Part shown: positions 37,652 to 43,764 of the stretch, in pieces
Layout of the letters: each line of letters starts with the position of its first letter
How positions within the stretch are numbered: the first letter of the stretch is position 1
Position numbers and translations under genes: made by a program
The notes under the pieces: generated by a model
Told to the model about the DNA's origin: nothing
Database searches by the model: none
What the model saw: only the letters and a program-made list of their open reading frames with translations
Assembly (NCBI GenBank): GCA_031431875.1
Contig: JANPEF010000007.1
Location: 1-43,764 of the forward strand
Origin: Candidatus Eiseniibacteriota bacterium
Lineage (GTDB): Bacteria > Eisenbacteria > RBG-16-71-46 > DASYSL01
Reading direction: 5' to 3'
Length of the DNA: 43,764 nt

Positions 37652-38481
37652 TACGAGCTCGCCTTCTCCGCGAGCTGCTTCTCGGCCTGCGGGAGGAGCT
37701 GCGTGCGGACCCAGCCATTGGCCGGGTTCGCCGCCAGCGCGCGTTCGTAGTAGTCCTTCGCCGCGGCGTACTTCTTCTCCCTCATCGCGGCGCGGCCGGC
37801 CCACACGTACGCGTCGTCGCGACCCCAGTCGAACGCCTGCGGGTCGCCGGCGCGCGACGTGGCGGCGGCCGTGATCGTCGGCGCGGCCTTCTCGAACATC
37901 GTGATCGCCTCGTCGAACTTGGCTCGCGCCTTGTCGGCCCCGCCGCCCACGAACGCCGGCTTGTGCAGCGTGTTGAGCCCGTCGAGAAACGCGACGCGCC
38001 CGTTGTCCGGCGCCAGTTCGCGCGCCCTGGTCATGCCCTGCTCCATCTCCATGCCCAGCGTCATCATCGAGCCCGGGTCGAACGACAGCCACAGGCCCTG
38101 CAGCCCGGCCTTGAGCGCCGTCGCGTCGGCGTGCTTCGGCTCGGCCTTGAGCACGCGCGTGCAGCGATCGATGGCGTCCTTGCACAGCTTCTTCGCCTGC
38201 TCCTTCGTGGCCTTGTCGTCGTCCAGCATCGGGACGGCGCGCCACGCGGCCAGCGCGGTCCAGTAGTCGAAGGCGGTGACGCTCGGCTCGGCGGCGGCCA
38301 TCGCGGCGAACGTGCCGCGCGCGGCGACGATCGCTTTAGCGTCGCCCCCGTTGACGGCGGCGGTGAGCGCGGACTTCGCGGCGGCAACGGCGCTGGCTTC
38401 GGCCGCGTGTGCCGCGCGCGGGGCGGGGGCGATCAGAACGGCGGCGACCAGGGCGGCGGACAGGGCGATGCGGGAAGACAT
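37651..38481 (-). CDS. secreted TPR protein
   Basis: Signal peptide; APDNGRV...PAFVGGG..KA; YERALAANP; GGAGG RBS. Confidence 0.88.
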   Translation of the reverse strand: MSSRIALSAALVAAVLIAPAPRAAHAAEASAVAAAKSALTAAVNGGDAKAIVAARGTFAAMAAAEPSVTAFDYWTALAAWRAVPMLDDDKATKEQAKKLCKDAIDRCTRVLKAEPKHADATALKAGLQGLWLSFDPGSMMTLGMEMEQGMTRARELAPDNGRVAFLDGLNTLHKPAFVGGGADKARAKFDEAITMFEKAAPTITAAATSRAGDPQAFDWGRDDAYVWAGRAAMREKKYAAAKDYYERALAANPANGWVRTQLLPQAEKQLAEKASS

Positions 38482-38518
38482 GGCGACACCTCCAGGGTGG
38501 AACGGGTGAAACGCGGAC

Positions 38519-39637
38519 TCAGGAGCTCGACGGGGGGATCCCGTCCTTGGGCAGGGTCACGGCGACACGCAGTCCGCGACCCGGGGTGGACGTCAATGAG
38601 AGCGCATCGGGCAAGCCCGCCGCGCGCAGGCGCTCGCGCACGGAGTGCAGGCCGAAGCCGTTCCCGCCATGCGTAGCGGCAACCGCGGGATCGAGACCGG
38701 GCCCGTCGTCCTCGATCGCGAGCACGAGGCCCTCGGCTGAGCGCTTTGCCTCGATCACGATGCGCCCGCCCTCGGCGCGCGGCGCGACGGCGTGACGGAC
38801 GGCGTTCTCGACCACGGGCTGGAGCAGCAGGCTGGGCACGTGCAGCCCGTCGAGGCCGGGCTCGATGTGCTCGACGACCGTGAGCCGGTCGCCGAAGCGG
38901 GCGCGCTCGATGTCGAGGTAGGCCCGCAGGAAGTCGAGCTCCTCGGCGAGCGGCACCGTCTCCCGTTCGGAGGCGCGCAGCGCGTAGCGGAAGACCTCGG
39001 CCAGGCGCGTCGTCATCTCCTCGGCGGCGCGCGGATTCGAGGGGATCAGCGAGGCGATGGCGTTGAGCGTGTTGAACAGGAAGTGTGGCTGGAGCTGCGC
39101 CCGCAGCGCGCGCAGCTCGGCCTGCGCCAGCTCGACGCGCATCGTCTCGATCGCCTCGGCCCGTTCCTTCGACTCCCGGTAGAAGTGGATCGCGTAGGCG
39201 ACGCCGCCAAACAGGACCGAGAAGACCAGGGCGAACGCGCCGTTGATCAGCACGGAGCGGGCGGTGCCCAGCATGCCCGGCAGGATGAACAGGTGAATGA
39301 GCAGCGCGGCCGCGTACGAGCCCAGGATCGCGGTCAGCGTGTAGGACGTGATCCCGAGCGCCAGGGGGACGCGGCCATCCGCGCGCGTCCGGCGGACGGC
39401 CGGCAGGAAGAACGATTCCATCAACTCGAGCGACACGCGGATGCAGAACGCGTAGACCAGCGAGAACTTGTAGGCGACGACGAAGTTCTCCCAGCGCCCG
39501 CCGTAGAGCAGCCCGAAGAACCCGGCGAACGGGATCGCCCACAGGGGCTGCTGCCACACCGTGGCCCACAGGCGCTGCAGGAGCGAGACCGGGCGCTCCT
39601 CGCACTCGATCGTCGGCGTCGGGCCCGCGCGCCTCAC
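38519..39637 (-). CDS. LytS/YehU-type sensor histidine kinase
   Basis: AQLQPHFLFNTLNAI, LLQPVVENAVRH, EDDGPG, GFGL; about 4 N-terminal TM helices; start uncertain. Confidence 0.93.
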   Translation of the reverse strand: MRRAGPTPTIECEERPVSLLQRLWATVWQQPLWAIPFAGFFGLLYGGRWENFVVAYKFSLVYAFCIRVSLELMESFFLPAVRRTRADGRVPLALGITSYTLTAILGSYAAALLIHLFILPGMLGTARSVLINGAFALVFSVLFGGVAYAIHFYRESKERAEAIETMRVELAQAELRALRAQLQPHFLFNTLNAIASLIPSNPRAAEEMTTRLAEVFRYALRASERETVPLAEELDFLRAYLDIERARFGDRLTVVEHIEPGLDGLHVPSLLLQPVVENAVRHAVAPRAEGGRIVIEAKRSAEGLVLAIEDDGPGLDPAVAATHGGNGFGLHSVRERLRAAGLPDALSLTSTPGRGLRVAVTLPKDGIPPSSS

Positions 39638-40836
39638 GCCGCCACCTCGCGCACGCGCAGCACCATCAGCGTGATGTCGTCCTGGGGCTCGACGCCGCCG
39701 AGGTGGCGCGCCAGGTCGGCGAGGATCGCGTCGATCTGTTCGCGCGGGTTCTGTCGCACCGGCAGGGCGGCGGCGAAGTCGACGGCGCGATCGTCGCCGT
39801 ACATCTCCTGCTTCGCGTTCATGCCCTCGCTCAGGCCGTCGGTGTAGAACAGCACCCGGTCGCCGGGCTTCAGGTCGACGCTTCCGCTCGCGTAGGGAAT
39901 GGCCTCGGAGACACCGACGACCATCCCGCCCTCGTCGAGCAGGCGGCGCGATCCGTCCGCGGCCAGCAGCGCCGGCGGATTGTGGCCCGCGTTCACGTAC
40001 GAGAAGCGCATCGTCGTCTCGTCGACGTGGCCCAGGAACAGCGTCGCGAACTGGCCGGCCGGGGAGATGTCACAGACCAGCCGGTTGATGTTGGTCACGA
40101 TCTCGGCGACGCCGGTCGCGAGCGGTGCCTGCGTGCGCAAGGAGGCCTGCAGCATCGAGCCCAGCAGCGCCGCGGGCACGCCCTTGCCCGAGACGTCGGC
40201 GATGCACAGCAGGTAGCCGTGCTCGCCCACCGGGACGACGTCGTAGAAGTCGCCGCTGACCTCCTTCGACGACACGTTGAGCGCGTGGATCTCGAGGCCC
40301 GGCCGCTCGGGGAAGTTCGACATCAGGAACTGGCGCTGGATGCGCCGCGCCAGGTTCAGCTCCTCCTCGGAGCGCGCGCGGGCGATCGCGTGCTCGTAGA
40401 AGTGGAACGCGAACGAGATCCCGATGAACAGCGACGAGAAGAGCACGCCGTAGATGAGCAATGCCGTGACCGAGCGCACCGAGCCGAGGAAGCCCGGCAG
40501 GAGCGTGAAGTTGAGGACCAGCGACGCGACCAGCATGCTCAGCAGCGAGGCGCCCATGTAGCGCATCACGACGAGGATCACGCCGCGGCCGCCGGCCCTG
40601 GCGTCAAGGTGCCCGCCGCCGCTGCTGCGGTTCTCGAGGACGCCGACGAGCCAGATACCGAGCCCGATGGTGAACGAGAACACCAGGGCGATCGCGTAGA
40701 ACTGCCCGAAGTACCGGAACGACACACCCTGCACGAAGTTGAAGAACGCCGCGAAGGGCAACGCCAGGATCGGCGTGCGCCACGCGAGGTTCCACAACGA
40801 GCGCAGAGCGGACGGCGGGTTCGAGGTGCGGGCCAC
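39634..40836 (-). CDS. membrane-anchored PP2C/SpoIIE (RsbU-like) phosphatase
   Basis: VSGDFYD, IADVSGKGVPAAL, NAGHNP, YTDGLSE, QDDIT; AAAGGAG RBS. Confidence 0.93.
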   Translation of the reverse strand: MARTSNPPSALRSLWNLAWRTPILALPFAAFFNFVQGVSFRYFGQFYAIALVFSFTIGLGIWLVGVLENRSSGGGHLDARAGGRGVILVVMRYMGASLLSMLVASLVLNFTLLPGFLGSVRSVTALLIYGVLFSSLFIGISFAFHFYEHAIARARSEEELNLARRIQRQFLMSNFPERPGLEIHALNVSSKEVSGDFYDVVPVGEHGYLLCIADVSGKGVPAALLGSMLQASLRTQAPLATGVAEIVTNINRLVCDISPAGQFATLFLGHVDETTMRFSYVNAGHNPPALLAADGSRRLLDEGGMVVGVSEAIPYASGSVDLKPGDRVLFYTDGLSEGMNAKQEMYGDDRAVDFAAALPVRQNPREQIDAILADLARHLGGVEPQDDITLMVLRVREVAA

Positions 40837-40919
40837 GGACGGCTCCTTTCGACGGACGGACGGCTTCGTGCTTCAGGAAGAGAATCGGGGAGAAGGACGC
40901 GGCAGCATACGCCCGGCCG

Positions 40920-40972
40920 GACGAGCGGTCGATGGAGGCGGATGAACGGTCGCCGGGTGGCGACGAACGGTC
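40920..40972 (-). promoter_or_regulatory. three LytTR (AlgR-type) binding repeats at 21-bp period
   Basis: GACGAGCGGTC (40920), GATGAACGGTC (40941), GACGAACGGTC (40962); the reverse complement of the last contains the AlgR consensus ACCGTTCGTC. Confidence 0.8.
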
Positions 40973-41078
40973 CGTGGGGACGGGGCGACGGCGGCGTTCC
41001 CGCGCCGGTGTCGGTGGGCTATCATGAGCAACGCCGACCTCGTCGCTGCCGACACCGCCCGCCGAAGGAGAATCCATC

Positions 41079-43257
41079 ATGCGAGTCATGCTCATCCCGT
41101 CGTTGCTCTCGCTTCTTCTGGTCTCCCCGGTGGCGGCGCAGGAGATCCGCTGGCCCCGCGAACTCACCAGCGAGGGCTCCGCGCTCACGCTGTACCAGCC
41201 GCAGGTGCAGAGCTGGGAGAACTCGAAGGCGCTCGACGCGCGCGGCGTTCACGCTCGTGCCGAAGGGCAAGAAGGAGGTCGTCGGCGTCCTCTACATGAA
41301 GGCCGTCACCGACGTGGACATGGACGCGCACTCGGTGTTCATCCACGACTTCACCATCCCCGCGGTGCACTTCCCGTCCCTCGACGCGGCCGAGGCGGCC
41401 GCGATGGAGAAGCTCACCCGCAGCTTCTGGCCTCCGGGACACTCGCTGACGATGACGCTCGAGCAGGTCGTGGCCAGCACGCCGAAGCAGGAGCCCGCGA
41501 AGTCGGTGACCGTGAACAACGACCCGCCGGTGATCTTCGTCAGCCGGAAGCCGACGATCCTGCTCCAGATGGATGGAACCCCGGTCACCGCGCCGACGGG
41601 ACAGGACGGGCTGATGTACGTGGTGAACACCGGCAGCTCCGTGTTTCGGGACGAGCCGGCGAAGCTGTGGCTCCTGTTCGACGGCAAGGGCTGGCAGCAG
41701 GCGACAGCGTTGGGAGGGCCGTGGACGTTCACGAAGTCCCTGCCGAAGGCCGTCGCAGAACTGGCGAAGGGCGCGGGCTGGGCGGTGCTCAAGCCGGGAA
41801 TCCCGCCGCCGGGCAAGCCCGATGCGCAGATGCCCGACGTCTTCTACTCGGAGAAGCTGGCGGACCTCATCGCCTTCGAGGGTGAGCCCGCGTGGAAGGC
41901 GATTCCCGGCACGAAGCTCGAGTTCGGGTCGAACACGACCAGCGACGTCTTCCGCAACACGGCCGACGGCCAGATCTACTTCCTGAGCGCGGGCCGGTGG
42001 TTCCGCTCCGCGGGCTTCAACGGCCCGTGGACCTACGCCACCGCGGACCTGCCTGATGACTTCCGCAAGATCCCCGACTCGAGCCCGGCGTCGTCGATCC
42101 TCGCGTTCGTTCCCGGGACGGACCAGGCGCAGGACGCGGTGATGATCGCGCAGATCCCCACGACCATCGAGGTCGACGCCGCCGAAGCTGCGAAGAAGGT
42201 GAAGATCACGTACTCCGGTGACCCGCACTTCAAGCCCATCACCGGCACCTCGCTCTCGTACGCGGAGAACACGACCGACAAGGTCATCAAGGCTGGCAGC
42301 GAGTACTACGCCTGCGTGAGCGCGATCTGGTTCGTCGGACCGACACCGAGCGGCCCGTGGACCGCGGCGAAGACGATCCCCGCGGAGATCTACACGATCC
42401 CGGCCTCGTCGCCGGTCTACAACGTCACCTACGTGACGCAGGTCGTCACGCCGACGAACACCGTGCAGGCCACCTATACGTCGGGTTACACCGGCGTCTT
42501 CGTCGTCGGCATGGTCGCGGGCGCCATCATCGTGTCAGGAAGCGGCTACTACCATCCCCCGTACTACTACCACCCGCCGTACGGATACCCGGTGTACTAC
42601 CCCTACCCGGTGACGTACGGACCCTACGCCTACCATCCGTACCCGTATGGCGGCGTCGCCTACCACGCGTCGTACAACCCGAACACCGGCATGTACGCGC
42701 GCAGCGCCACCGCCTACGGCCCCTATGGCAGCGCGACGGTCGCACAGGGCTACAACCCGAGCACGGGGACTTACGCCCGTGGCGCTTCGGTGTCGTCGCC
42801 GTACGGTTCGCGCTCCGCGGCCCAGGCCTACAATCCGTACACCGGGACCGCGGCGAGCACGCGCCAGGGGTCGAGCCCGACCGCGCAGTGGGGGACGACG
42901 ACCGTTGCGAAGGGCGGACAGTCGGCGCAGACCGCGCACGTGACCACCGCGCAGGGCACGACCAAGGCGATGCAGACCAGCAGCGGTGACATGTACGCGT
43001 CGAAGGACGGCAACGTGTACAAGAACACGGGCAGCGGCTGGGAGCAGACGAGCAACAGCTCACCGAAGACGGGGACCACGAGTGCCCAGACGGGCGCTGC
43101 GGCCGGCACCACGAGCGCGCGTCCGACGACCAAGCCGTCGGCCGACACGCAGGCGATGAATCGCGAGGCGCAGAATCGCCAGCGCGGCAGCACCCAGGCT
43201 CAGCAATACCAGGGCCGGTCGACCGGCGCCGCGCGCGGTGGCGGCGGTCGGCGGTAG
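41079..43257 (+). CDS. large secreted repeat protein with one frameshift near 41240 (pseudogene or assembly error)
   Basis: AAGGAG RBS, signal peptide, WPRE...LYQPQVQSW; continues in another frame as AFTLVPKG...; three W..a..GPW modules; YNPxTG repeats. Confidence 0.8.
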
Positions 43258-43259
43258 CG

Positions 43260-43613
43260 TCAGCCGCGCTTGCGGGCGACGACTTCGAGCCCGGTGGGCG
43301 TGATGCAGAACCCGCCTGCCGTGCGCTCGCAGGCGTCGAAGTCCTCGCGCATGTTCCTGACCCCGTGGCTTCGACGCGGCCCGGCTCGATCGGCCGCGTG
43401 CCACGACGCCATCACTTCATCGACGAACTCCTCGAAGATCTCGCTCTGCGGCGATAGTCCCCACCCGCGGTAGTCGACCTACTCGTGCAGCGCGATGGTG
43501 CCGCCGCTTCGCCACGCGTCCACGGCCCGCCCGCGCCAGATGCGGTGCTGCATGCCGAGGCGCTCGATCCCGGCATCATGCGTGGCGAGGACGTAGTCAC
43601 GATCGTTGGGCGT
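43260..43613 (-). pseudogene. SAM-dependent methyltransferase remnant
   Basis: ACG start; DYVLATHD..IERLGMQHRIWR joined directly to GGTIALHE*VDY...ITPTGLEVVARK; in-frame TAG at 43481-43479; no GxGxG core. Confidence 0.65.
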
Positions 43614-43764
43614 GTGCGGATGCTAGCCGGCCGGGCACGGGCGGAGCGGATGACTGCGGACGTGGTGTTTTCGTCTCAGGAGCGACCTCAGGGTCGCACT
43701 GGTGTGCGGCCTCCGTGCGCATCCGCTGCATGAACCCGCGCCCGAATGCCCGCTCGGCCTCGAG

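Overview
GC-rich (~70%) Gram-negative bacterial chromosome segment. FlgD-Ig C-terminal domains and a C-terminal SWGxxKxxYR motif suggest Candidatus Eisenbacteria or a related lineage; this is inference only. It holds about 45 genes: envelope proteins and lipoproteins, lemA-htpX, an LD-carboxypeptidase, a TM0106-family nuclease, a TPP-riboswitch-controlled TonB receptor with nearby thiamine pyrophosphokinase, nadA, pdxH, a histone-H1-like protein, three type II toxin-antitoxin modules (two with broken toxins) and several deletion-eroded pseudogenes. Features the ORF track misses: (1) a ~160-nt rod-shaped non-coding RNA candidate (3660-3820, minus) starting at the predicted +1 of a complete sigma54 promoter (IHF-like and enhancer-like sites) and followed by hairpins that bury the RBS of a TPR gene; (2) a UGA-recoded SelW/Rdx selenoprotein with a SECIS-like hairpin; (3) a LytTR-box-preceded operon in which a PP2C phosphatase and a LytS-type kinase share a duplicated membrane domain, followed by a secreted TPR protein and a TonB receptor; (4) three more sigma54 promoters ahead of uncharacterised secreted proteins. 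All calls come from reading the sequence; no database search or folding program was run.
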